A stretch of 64,000 nucleotides of DNA, taken from Vermamoeba vermiformis (lineage: Eukaryota). Numbering within the stretch: position 1 is the stretch's first letter; the number at the start of each line of letters is the position of its first letter. The stretch covers positions 1-64,000 of the forward strand of contig JBEWZL010000166.1 of assembly GCA_045837725.1 (NCBI GenBank). Direction: 5' to 3'. A program made the translations under genes and the position numbers. Positions 50,497 through 63,362 of the stretch are shown here, piece after piece. The notes beneath the pieces were generated by a model that ran no database searches, was not told the origin of the DNA, and worked only from the letters and a program-made list of their open reading frames with translations.

Positions 50497-53400
50497 TTAT
50501 TTTTTGTCCGCGTGCTGATCCGAGCCAATTGAAAAATTAGCGGGGATGTTGAACGAGACTATTTTAACAGTCTCATTAAGAAGTCCAATAATCATATAGT
50601 CTTCTTTGACTATGAGTGTCTTTGGTGCAGTTTTCAGCGGAATTGTGTAGACTGGCGGTGACTTGGGTGGTTTTCTCACGTCGTACACTTCAATGGCACA
50701 TTTGCTGCCTTGAAGGCCTGCAAACACAAAGTCGCCTTTTGACGCCACGCATGTGTACTAACAATGCAATATTAGCATAAAGAGCGACAGGAAATATCTT
50801 CTTTAAGTTTAAAGCTGTCAAAATATATTATGACACGTGTCGTGAAAAAATGAGTGTCACGTGTCATTTTGCGATCATCAAATGTATAGTAAAGATGAAG
50901 TAAAATGTAGTTTTGTTTGGATGGAGTGAAGAAAATGAAATTTCATTTTTTTTTGCAAATTTAGATTTGACGTACCTGCCAGACGCCACGTTCCCATTTT
51001 GTCGGTAAAGCTTTGTAATCTTGTTCTGACAGGCGCAAGACCAACTCGCCCGTGCTTAATTTGGACACGAATAATTCCGCACATGCAACGGATATAATAC
51101 GATCATTTTCCTCGTCAATAATCAAATGACTGACTGCCGTGCTTGAATGTGATTTGTGCTGCGAATAAATTGACGCGTACGTGCTCCTGTTGAAACACTC
51201 GAAGCCGTGCGCACATGCGTTGATAATGAAATTCTTGCTCAGCCATATTTTGCCAGGCCTCGATTGATCTATTCAATAGTTTAGGTTAGCCACTACATTA
51301 TTTCGAGCTGTGAAAAATATAATGTCACTGGGGTGTTTGACTTTGACGCGTGAAAAATTGGTTTTGATGACACGTGTCAAACACTGACCCGTACAGCCGA
51401 ACGCTAAGCTGTAACATAATGTAGACTCTTTGTTGGGAAATTAAGTTGACACGTGTCATCGACTGTCATCTTGACACTTACGTTCGCTTTGGCTGATTGG
51501 CGTGAAAGTATTCAAGTTCCAAAATCTGACGCACTTCTCGCCCACTGTGATCGTAATTGCCACGTCATCAGTCAAACTCAACGAAGCAGGCTCGCCTGTT
51601 CCATGAAAAGTCCATAGCCGTTCATTTGTGGCCCACTTGGCCCACACATAATCATTCGTTTCAGTGAAAAGAATGTACTGGCCGTTGACGTGGAAACCTG
51701 TGAAAAAATTAGTTTGACACGTGTCAAAAAGAGATAGTTTGACGCCTACCAGCGTGCATGTTTTTCTTTGTTAGTTCGAGTTCAATATCAGTCTCGTAAT
51801 TATATACTGCTAATAGTCCTTCATTTCGGTTGTAAATGATTGATTTTTCAGCTGCGCAAAGGTAGATTTGCTTAATCTGTCTACTAACGATCGGAAGTTG
51901 TTCCTTATACGGTATAATCTGCGAAAATAATAATTTTAATTTGTTGTATGCAAAAGCAAATTGCCAAATTAGGAAATGAATAATATTACCTTGACAACAG
52001 AGTTCGAGGCCGTGTTGATAAAAACAATATTTCCAGAGTAAGTTCCAACGACTAGTAACTCGTATTCTGGATCAAAATCCATGCACGTGACGCCAAGTAT
52101 GTTCGTGCTAGAATAATATGCATCGGGCTTTTCTTCCGTAATTTTGAGTTGAATTGTGTTGACCACGAAATTTCCTAAAATAGTAAATGAATCGGATTAG
52201 TGGCAGCAAGGTTAAAACATCAAAAAAGATGACACGTGTCAAATACGGTAGTAGCTAGTGATTGACACGCGAAAAAATTGGTGCTGTCAAGTGACACGTG
52301 TCAAATCGAAAGCGTCAAAGTACCTTTAGTCATATTCAGTTCTCCAGCTCTCTTCAAAATAAGTTCTTTTTTGATATTATTAGCTCCAGACTCTCTGCCG
52401 TAAATTTTCATGAAAAGTTGGCGCCAAATCATCGGATGTTCGCTCCATTTTTTGAATTGTCTGCAAACCATTGAAAATGCGATCAAATCTTCAATACTAT
52501 TCTCTAATAATATTCCGCTGATAGTCTCTTGCGCTAACGATAAGAATAACGATTCTTGGCCCGTGTCGAAATTATAGCCTGCGACACATCCGCTGGTTTA
52601 AATTCATATCCCCGCTTCAGCGACACTAAAAATCGAAGTAAATACATCAATAACGTGACTTGCCTAAAAAGGAAATAATAATACTTACGTAAGATGGACG
52701 GATGCAATTTTTTGTAATCGAACACGGAAATTCCGGTTTTAGCCGCGCCCATAATATCTCCTTCGAGCAACTTTGCAATGCCCTATAACACCAACATTAA
52801 TCTTTGCAAGAATTTTTTCTGGTGACTTACTTCGTTGCCGTTATTTTTCGCTACATCGATCGGAGTCTCGCCTTCAATGTTAACCGCTTTTTGCAAGTCT
52901 CGGATCGTTTTTGCATTTACTATTGAAAATGTGTCAATATTGATAATTTCTTTCCATATTAGGCAAATTTTTGGTTTAATCTTACCGTGCTCAGGTCCGA
53001 TGAGCAATTTCAGAATTAACTCCGGATGGCACTTTGCTCGACACAAAATATGCAGCACATTGTCGCCTGATAAATCTTCAACGGTCAAATCGATAGTAGG
53101 CACTCGGCACTATGACAATACAACATGTTAATTTATGAAGATAATCTACGAGAAAGAAAAAGGATCGAAGAAGTGATCCGGATCTTTGAAAAATTACCGT
53201 TGACAGAATTTAGAATACTCCCTTATTTGGTAATTTCATTTATGTGTAGTTAAAGGATTGTATGGGACACTTACCAGGGCGCGAATAACGGACAAATTTT
53301 CACTTTTGACAGCGATCATGATCGGAGTTCTACCGTGTTCAATGTCCGTTAAATTGACATCAGCGCCGTGTCGCAACATCAACTCCACGATTGACGTGTA

Positions 53401-56127
53401 GTCAAAGTTGAAACCGCGCCAGAAATCGTTTTGTTCATTTGACGCGATCATGTGAAGCGGCGTGTTGCCTTTTTGGGCTCGTTCGTTGGGATCGAACAGA
53501 TCTAAATATTAATACAATATTCGTGAGCACTTCATCATATTTTAAAGTAGCTGTAATTTTGAATAAGTTGTAAAAAGTCAGAATCCATCGTTTTTTGGAT
53601 CACGGATGTCAAAATCGAGCCTGATTGTATCAGCAATGATGGTCTTCAAATAGGAGGACTTACTCATATTCAAAATGTACTCTATTATTTCGATTGATAG
53701 ATTGTTCTCTATTAATCGATGTAGCAGACTGTTGCCGTTCAACCGAAGTGTCGGATCCGCTCCGAAGTTCTCCAATGCCTAAAAAGAGTTATTAGTAAAT
53801 CCTCTATCGACTTATATCTACATAATTTACTATGGTTATAATACGTACTTGAAACTCTTGCAAGTTTTTGGCGTACATCATAGGAGAAAATCCGAACTCT
53901 GAAAAAATATTATTAATAACGTAAAATATAATAAACCATAACAATATCTACTAGCACTTTAGTGTTTCATAGTATTAACATCAAACGTACCATCTGATTC
54001 ATTAAACAAAGCACTCGCGTCATGAAGTTGTTGCAACACATCCACAATCGATTGCACAATTTGATTGTACGCCCCATCAGCGTTATTATTATTGTTATTG
54101 TTATTGTTTCCAGCCATTGTTATTATTAGGCAACAAAGCGTTCAAAGCCGGGTTATTTGCAAACAGTTGTTGCAAATTTTGAAATTGATTTTGTAAGTTT
54201 TCAAGCTGATTATTAAAATTCTGCAAATTCTGCAAATTATTGCCGGCCAATCCAAGCCCGATACCGAGTGCTGTCACAGAGTTCAAATAAGAATCCAATT
54301 CTTTCGGTAACGGATACGATTTTAACGCCACATGAACTAACGTCGCCTCTAACAAAGGAATAAATGTTAGTATTAAACCTATAATAATATACTAGTAATA
54401 GTATCGATATATACATAACAATTTGCTCATAGAATGTTTTTTCTGTCAGTTAAAAGTTAAGATGAATTCGAATCTAGTCTGGGGCAAAATTTCCGAAAAA
54501 GGAAATAATACGTACTGTTCGGATAAATCTTTGTTACAATAGCACCCCGCTCAATTAATATTCTGAGTGCATTGGCATTCTTTTGTCTGCACGCAAAATA
54601 AACTTCATCGTAGTCACTCAGATCCATCCACCGTGCTCCTCGCTCTTAACAAATACAATGTATAATTAATCATATTTAACTTGACATTAAATAAGCGTAA
54701 GTATTAATAATTAATTTTTACCTAATAGCAAGTCCACTACAGGTCGTTTTCGTTGCGCTAAAGCGATGGACAGCGGTGTCAATTTGATGTCGCCGTAACT
54801 GTTCACATCAGCGCCTGCATCGAGAAACAATTGAATGTTTTGTGGCTGTTGCCAACCTAGGAATAGATTTTTAAAATCCGTGAAACGGTACTACAATCCT
54901 TGAAAAAATTATGTCCTGTTGTGTGACAGATGTCATCACACTTCATTAATTATTTGTTAATTAAATCAAAAAACTTGCAATTAGAACGCGTTCTAATAAT
55001 TCCTCATCGGTCCTTTTTACGAAATTCCAGCTGACAACAACGATAATGCCAAATAATGATTGATCAATATTTTTTGTACTTACAGCGAACCACGCAGCAC
55101 AAGGGAGGATCAGGAAAGATTTTCTTGTCATTTGAGTTCAGCTGCACAGGTTGAATTTTTTGTTCGAGCAAAAACACGACAATGTCTCGCAGTTGCAGTT
55201 TAACGGCTAAATTGATCGGCAAATCGATTGTTCGGCCAAAATAATTCACATCGACTCCTTTGTTGAGCAATATTTCGAGCATTTCTGAATAAAATCGATG
55301 ATTAATTCCAAGAATTAGACCAGGCAAAAAAATTTGCGTTATTTGATCGCTGATTAACGTGCAAGTTCTAAGAATAGAAATTTAAATCCAATAAGGAAAA
55401 ATTACCTGTACTATTTCCTTTTATGGCATAATGAATCGGATTCCCGTCCTTGGCAATAATGTTCAATTTGGCACCACGTTCAATCAAGTGTTTGGCTTTG
55501 TCAACGAATCCTCTGCTCAGCGCGATGAACAGCGGTGTCTCTTCGTCTCCTTTTTGTGCGTTTATATCAAATCCAGCGTCGAGTAGCATATCAATGGCAG
55601 CTGCAAGAAAACAGCGTTAATATTGCAACCGGATCGCCGATCATCCGCTTTACGTCAGTAAATTATTAGTATTACTACATAGTTATACATATTATTTATT
55701 GTTTAACAACTAGTATTAATCTGAAGAAGAAGAAGAATAATTAAAATACGCAATGAAATTTCTTTTAGATCAATGATGCAATCTTACCTGTATCAAATAC
55801 AGCATTCTCCACGACTAAAAATAAAGCAGTAGCGTAACCATATAGTACGTGCGAATAATCTACTTCGCACTCAGCGATATACTCTTTGACTAAAAGGAAA
55901 AATTAGATCATCGGTATCCAAAAATCTATTAAAATATTTGTTTATTTTCGGAATTATTTATTTGATCTATAATCTGAAGTATTATGGCCAAAAGATTTGT
56001 TTTCAGAATTTTCTGAATTAGGGAATATTTTCGATTTTATGTTTCGGAGGCATAACTTACATTTTTCGACTTCATACTGTATTTTCCCTTGATTAATACA
56101 TAACACATAATTAAATAAGGGGTCCAT
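50497..56127 (-). CDS. Ankyrin repeat, F-box and WD40-like protein, many exons (apparent frameshift at 54114-54115)
   Basis: Many ankyrin repeats (ETPLFIAL, GRTPIMIAV, GNTPLH), N/Q-rich insert, F-box LAQETISGIL..SMVCRQFKKWSEHPMIWRQLF, WD-like VTCMDFD and VRFWNL. Confidence 0.8.
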
Positions 56128-56368
56128 TCAGAAAAATACAGGCTTTACTTAGTCTTCGAACTCGAAGACTAAATCAATTGGTCGATAATTGCGAGCTATT
56201 AAATAATTAAACAATTAGGCTACTAGTGCCATTAATCGGATTTTTGTTGATTAAAATCGAAGTTGAAAAATTTGTAACTTCGACACGTTGTTTTACTCCC
56301 GCCTAGAAAAAACCGCCCTTACGAAAATAATAAATGTGTTTTTGAAGGAGAACTTATTACAACGTTTA

Positions 56369-57831
56369 TTAATAGGCTATTAAACCAAGAGAAAGGAAGA
56401 AAGACCAAAACCAAAAGCTTGCGCCTAATGTTCTGCTGGCACCTGAAGTGAGCTGCCCGGTCGAGCCTCCCATTGGTCCAGACATTGGTCCAAACGAGGC
56501 TGATGGTGTTAAAGCAGTACTTGGGGCAGCGGGGATAGTATTTGGACCGGGGTTAGATCCCACGGGTACAGATCCAGAACTTGGTACAGTGGCTGAAACA
56601 GGAGCAGATCCAGCAGTCGGTGTTGAAGGGGCGTTAGAACCAGGCACGAGTACTCGGAACCAAGCAAATTCAGAGACAGCAGGGAACACGGCACGTTGAA
56701 TGCCAGTGGTCGTGCACGAAGGGTAAGTGCCACCACGAGCACATCTGTTGGTCGCGTTCAAGTACTCTCTGTGCGTGGCGTTGTAGGGGTCAAAATACAC
56801 TGTGCCACTCGTGTGCAGCTGTCCTAAAGGAGACTCGTCTGGATCTCCTGTCCACTTGCCACCCACTGCAAAATTCAGTGCAATGTCCCACGTCTCGTTC
56901 AACGGTGCCTTAGCGACCCATGTAGGGTTGTTATCGACATACGAAAATGTGTTCGTAGTATCCACGAAGAACTTGAAGCTAACACTACCGTTAGTAAGTT
57001 TTTGGATCTCGACTGCGTGGATGTGCCACTCGGAAATATTAACGGAGGTGTAGGACATGCCGGGATTACGTGCGTAGTTGTCGAAGTGAAGCGTTTGTTG
57101 CGTGCCATAATGTTGTGAATGAAATTCTTCCATTATGTCAACTTCAGCGTTCGGAGCACCGGAACGATGACGCAGCCAAATCGCGGGCCATAATCCTTGA
57201 CCTTGTGGGAAGCGCGCATTGAACTCGAACCTAACATATGAATTAAATACTGGCAACGAAAGTCATATTGCATAACAAGGAAAATAAAGATTTAGGTAAA
57301 ATGCTTAATACCGCAATTTTGCAAATCTTGCAATTAGATTGCGAGCCGCTTGAAATCAAAAGCATTAAGGCATCTTATTAAGTACTATAAGTATTAAATT
57401 TCTTATTAATAAAAACCAACTTCGCAACCTTGTACCGGAAAAGCCGGCACATCCGTTGCCAGTATTGCACAACAAAATTATGCTAATTACCTTGCAAAAG
57501 CAGGGAAATAATTGCTGGTGTCTCTAGTTCCTATGAAACAGCCAGCAAAGTGCCGAGTGTAACTTGGTGTCGAAATGATTCTTCGATCTGCCCACAATTG
57601 CAACACGGAACCAGCTACTTTGACTTGCGAAGGCACTTGAGCCTCGAGCTGATTATTGGAAGAGCCATAGATGTCGTTGTATCCGTTGCCATAGGCGCGG
57701 AACACTGACGGAACAGATCCGTCGCTGAAATCAAATGTGGCATAAGGAGTCCAGCCTGCTTTAGGCACAGAAGGTGTTAAGCCGTAGCAACACAACGCAA
57801 AGCACAACGATAGTATTGCTATAATGTTCAT
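56369..57831 (-). CDS. GH16 glycoside hydrolase, secreted and probably GPI-anchored (2 exons)
   Basis: Signal peptide; GLWPAIWL, catalytic EVDIME, NFAVGGKW; S/T/P-rich stalk and hydrophobic C-terminus. Confidence 0.9.
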
Positions 57832-58921
57832 CAGTGGTTGTGTTTGTGCGGGTAAGTGTCGAGTAATTAACTGAATTCAAAACCGTGTCAAAGGGTACTT
57901 TTCTCGTGTATTGTCATTTTTCATACCTTGCACGCTAATAAATGGTGAATTTAGATCGCAGGGCCTTCTACGGCTAAAGTGACCATTGATTTTTGGATTA
58001 GGTACTAGATCCGCAACAGACAACCAACACGACGCTCAGTGTGCCTAGCTTGCTAATAATCCGCTAGCAGAATAAATCATGCTGCTTCTAGGTCGGATTT
58101 GGGACCTGAAGCTGAGGTGGCAGATCAAAAATCAGTTGCAAGATTTATATTTGGCGGTAATAATTTTGTCTTGGTACCTCGATTATTTATTTAGAATTTA
58201 TTCTGAGCGAGGCTCTTGGAGGTTCTGAGGACCTCAGGATGCGTTTAGGAAATCAATCTCGACTTGAATCGGTTCGTTTACCCCTAACATGGCGTTGGTA
58301 CGATGTGCGTACGTGTGGTTGTGGTTGCACGTCAGTGATCTGTTTAAAAATGATAAAATTGATTGGCGCCATTAATTAATTAATGCGTTGCATTCCAGAA
58401 CACGTAACTAAACAAATTTCGACCACAAAAATTGATCAATTTCCGTTTAGCCTAAAATGATTATTCCAGTATTTATTAACTTTTTTGTAGAAGGTTCGGT
58501 TGGTGGATTAGATTTGATTTATTTTGATCTTGCAAAATTAATAACAATTTATCAACTCCCAAGCCGCAGTGGATATAAATATTAAATATAAAAGAATTTA
58601 CCAGAGTCGTAGAACGTGCAGCGGCGAAATTCTACCGGAGCTAGTGTGATCCAATTTCAAGAGGCTGAAACTCGGTAATAAGCGACGATTATATGTTTGC
58701 TAATAGAATTTAAAAGTCACAATTTGGTCCCATCAAATTTCTTATCCCGCTTTGTGCCCTGTTGGATTTTTCATAAATACCAATCTTGCCATGTTGGGCA
58801 GATTATTTTTTCCCGCTACCAGTCCCAAACACCACGACACACAACGGTATGTACAAAGGCCGGCGGGGACTACCCGCCATAGTCTTGCTAGCGTATTAAA
58901 TTCATTTCTATTATAGGCCCG

Positions 58922-60886
58922 ATGTTCAAAAGAGTGCCGTCCACAGTGTGGGTTTACACCCTATTTTTCTTCTGGAACATTCAAAGCGCGCATTCGCTAA
59001 TAGAAATTAACTTGATTAATGGCACTTTAATTGAAATGGATAGCGTTGAAATTCTTTACGTTGGTAAGACCAAAAAGAAATTTGTGAGCGGATCTGACAC
59101 TTGTCGGTCTTGGCTAAGACTTTTGTTTTAGGCGGTACTATGGCCTTGATTACAGAGCCTATTACTCAAGAAGTGTCAGTGGATATAAATCAAGTTTACA
59201 ACCGAATTTTCATGGTTCGCGAATTGCTGGCGATCGACGAACTTGTCGTTAAAGCTCAAGACAATGGAGCCGTTGCCGTATTATACGTCTCTCCGACATA
59301 TTGTGAGTATATTACCTTGCTAGAGCGATCCTAATCCTGTTCTGCAGACAAAGCAGGCTACTTGAAATTTAGATTCAACAGCCGAGAAAACTTGAAGCAG
59401 ATAAAAATACCCGTATTCGAATTGGCATTGCTAGAAGGCAAAGAGATTTTGAGCTTGTATAATAATGGAAGCATTGCAAATGTCAGTTTGATACCCAGCG
59501 GTACGAGATTACAAAATGTCAGATCTGTCATACGGTAGATCTAACGATATGTTATTCCAAATCTAGAAAAAGAAACAAATCCTTGGGCCGACGTATTTTT
59601 TGCGCCCTATTATTACATATGGACTGGTAAGTTCATTAATAATATTCGAGAATACGTGTCTCGGATTTTAATGTTCATTCATTCAATTCAGTGTTCTTGG
59701 GAGTTTTCCCAGCAGTAAATATCGGCTTAGTTATATGGAAGCTAAAGATATTCACTAACTACTACGGTGGCTGTCGTTCATCGCTCGCGATCTACGTACT
59801 TGTAATAGAGCTCACCGCCAATTGTCGTAAGTTACTTATTCATAGTGAAGTTGGGTTGACATTTGCCATGCATAATAGTAAGAGAAAAATCGATAATCTC
59901 TATATACATCCTAAAAGTAGGGTGGATCCAGTTTTTTGAATTCTTCCGTTAAATTAACCGATTTCGTAACTTGGCAATTTTTAATAAATTCCATTTTAGT
60001 GCGTATAATGAACATCATCGATGCCCTGTGCGGCAATTCAGTGTATCCAGAACAAGTGTCCGTGGCATTCACGCGCCTGTCACTTCCATTCGCCTTGTCG
60101 TCATACTTATTGATTATATTATACTGGCACGAGATGATGACAAGCGCCACTATCGTCGTGCATCCATTCGTAGTCAAGATGCGTATACCTTTCTTCGTCT
60201 TATCTGGCGCTTTGATGGTAGTTCAGCTGATCCAGATCTTCTTGCGCAGCTTCACACCAATCGAAAACTCCATTTTAATCACAGGTACGATCATTATTTT
60301 ATTACACTTAACGCTCAAGCTTAATATAATGTTTGCCTTAACTCATTGGCTGATCGCGTTTTCTCTGAACAGGTGTCACGTACATAATTGTCTCTGCGGG
60401 CGTTGTTGTATTCCACGTGGTTACAGGCATCAAGCTGTTGCGAAGATTGCATTTGAGCAAACATTTAGGACGAGTAGTCAGACTGCGAAAGGTAACTATT
60501 GAACACTGAGACCGCGTGTTTTGTGGTACCGATTGCTAACTCCATTTACAGAGTACAGTGAAAATACTTATCAGCGCTAGCTTCTTACTCATGTTCATCG
60601 TGTTTGCTGCGCTATTCTCAACAAGCATTGCGTTCTATCCTGTCAGTAAGTAACACGTGCTGATCTGGATCTTACGACCACTTCCTAACCATTCCTAGGC
60701 TACATGTGCGTATGGTACTCGACTTATACGGCTCTGAATGCGGCCTCCATGATGAACATATTGTCGTTTGAACAGCCTCCTGGTGCCTCATCGAAGTCCT
60801 CGCAAGGATCTGGCTCGTTGAACACGACATCCAGGCAGAACAGTTCCGCGCTTACTGAAAGTAAGAAAACCAACTCTTTAGTGTAA
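58922..60886 (+). CDS. PA-domain plus multi-pass (about 7 TM) membrane protein
   Basis: Signal peptide; VVKAQDNGAVAVL and IKIPVFEL (PA-like); NPW followed by several hydrophobic helices; Ser/Thr-rich cytoplasmic tail. Confidence 0.7.
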
Positions 60887-61230
60887 AATAAAATTCTAAT
60901 ATTATTATAATCAAACGCACGCTGTTGGCTAAGTGATACCGCCAAAATATCTCAACTTCCATATTAGGAATATCTTAATGTCGCGCGCGATGTTGTAAAT
61001 TATTTGTTTAGTTAATCACCAGACAATAACCACGAGAGGATTAGCTTGCAATGAGGTAAATCCAAACAGGTACGATACAATTTAAGCTGGCTATTTCGTC
61101 GTGTCAAATCTACCGACCTGCGGAAGCAAGCTGGTTAACTTTAATGCAATTTATTGTTAAATAATCTATGTAATTTTTTTGGCAATTTTTCATTAATAAC
61201 AACGTTAAACTAACTTTCGGGTCGTGTCAG

Positions 61231-63362
61231 ATGAGACTTTCGACGACAAGGAACGCACCAAAAATAGGATTGGCTGCTATTTTATTACTAGCAAATATTT
61301 TATTTGCACAAGCTGCCGTTAATAAGAAAGACATATACTCCGAACCAAAGATCTCAAATTCTCCGAGGGTCGATCCGTCTTCAACGGGCACTAAATGCAC
61401 TTTAGACACTTACGAAACCTCTAAACGCACCATTATGAGCAACGAAGAGATTATGCACAATGTAAGTCCCTTGATTCGTTCTCAAAAGACATCAAATTTA
61501 CCCTCTATTTTTAGATCTTCAACCAACAAGCAAAACTTGTAGAGAAACGGACTAAATCCTTTTATACGCCTCTTAATGATTCTCTGTCGCCTATTTTGCT
61601 AGTTCCTGGGTACTCAGGTACGTTTTAAACTTCTACTTTATATTCTTATTTTCGCACCCTTAACACCTTCGTATTATAGGAATGCACTTATATGCCTATT
61701 TAAATGATGCTCAGCTGCCCGAGTACTGCCTGCGAGATTGTCCTGAAGGTTATCGGGTGTGGATCGACGATGAATTTTTGTCGCCATTCCGTTCGAAAGA
61801 GTACGCAGACTGTTGGTATAGAACAATGGACTTACAATACGAAAATAACACGAGGACATATAACTCGGTACAAGGTACGCTAAGCCGACTTTAAGTCAAA
61901 TCCAACGTTGGATCATCCTGCGCGACAGCAGAAGACTAACTACTTCCCCTAGGCGTTAAAATATTACCTCAAGAATATTGTGGTACTGGACCAGGTGGCG
62001 GTACATATGGCTGCGACTACTTGCTTAGTGTTTGGGGCTACGACCTTGAGTCTTACTTCGGCGACTTAATCGAGCAATTGGAAGCCATCGGATATAAGCG
62101 CGCTGTTAATTTGAGATCAGGTAAGCACATATTATTCTTGTTCTATTAGCATATAATATAAAGATCACTCCTGAAATCGAGTTTGAGACGATCGGTTTCT
62201 GGATGTCGGTCTAACCGTTATCTACTTAGCTAATTACGACTGGAGAGTATCACCCGATTCGATAAGAGATACCTTTTATGTAGATTTGAAGGTAAGTTGA
62301 GATTACGTATGAAGTTAAAACTCACTTGTGGATGCGCAGGCACTAGTTGAGAAAATGAGCGCGGAGAATGGCGGTAAAAGAGTTCAATTGTTGGCACATA
62401 GTCTTGGGAACTTGGTTACTATTGATTTCTTGAATACTATGACGAACTCTTGGAAAGAAAAATATATCAAGAACTTCGTATCGGTTTCTGCGCCTTGGGC
62501 AGGTAATACTTATAACATATATAGCATTGTAATGATTTTATCAAGTATATTGTACTCATTTCTTCGTTATTTGAATAGGTGCTAGCAAGTCCTTGCGAGA
62601 TCTGTTGTCCGGCGACAACATCATTGGCAACACTTGGTATAATCGCTGGTTCGATATCTTCGATAGAATAAGAGTACGTAGCAACACTATAGCATTATAG
62701 TATAATTCAATTTATGCCTCAAATTTTGCAATTTTAATTCACTGCGCTTTTGTACTGGCTAAGATCTGACTTCAATTGTAACAGATTGCTCATATGGCGC
62801 AAAACTTTGGTGCTATTACGTTCTTATTGCCAACATATAACCTATGGGAAGGCTTTCCTCTAGTCGAGTTCACATCCATCAACCAAACTTTGGATGCGAC
62901 GATGATCGACAAGATTTTCGCTCTGACCGGAAATTATCAGCCAAGAATGATATACAATAATATTAAGAACATTCTCGCAAACATTCAGCCGCCCGGTGTA
63001 GATCTGCATTGCATAACCGGATCTGTACGTTGAAATGCGCTGTGGCTTAGCCAGAGAGCCTTATATCGCTTTAATATCATATTGTCACTATTGTATTAAT
63101 ATTCATGTACTAGGGCCTCGAGACTGAAAAGAGATACGTGTACAATACGCCAGAAGCGATGCATACTGAAATGCAAGCCTATTGCGGCAATGGCGATGGA
63201 ACGGTCCCTGAAGAGTCTCTGCGCGTATGTAATACTTGGGCTAATAATGGCGCGAATAAGGGCAAAGTGGTCACGTATAAGGAATTTAATGGACGCGAGC
63301 ATACGGGGATCTTGAACGATAGCGAAGTAATCCAAACCATTTTAGCATTAGTTGACAAATAA
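61231..63362 (+). CDS. LCAT / group XV phospholipase A2 family, multi-exon
   Basis: PILLVPGYSG, NYDWR, LLAHSLGN, VSAPWAG, GDGTVP, EHTGIL (Ser-Asp-His triad motifs). Confidence 0.93.

Noticed and set aside
52534-52626. Possible additional frameshift just before the F-box
   Set aside because: A downstream acceptor (TCGCAG/GCTAT) restores the frame, so it is ambiguous without RNA data
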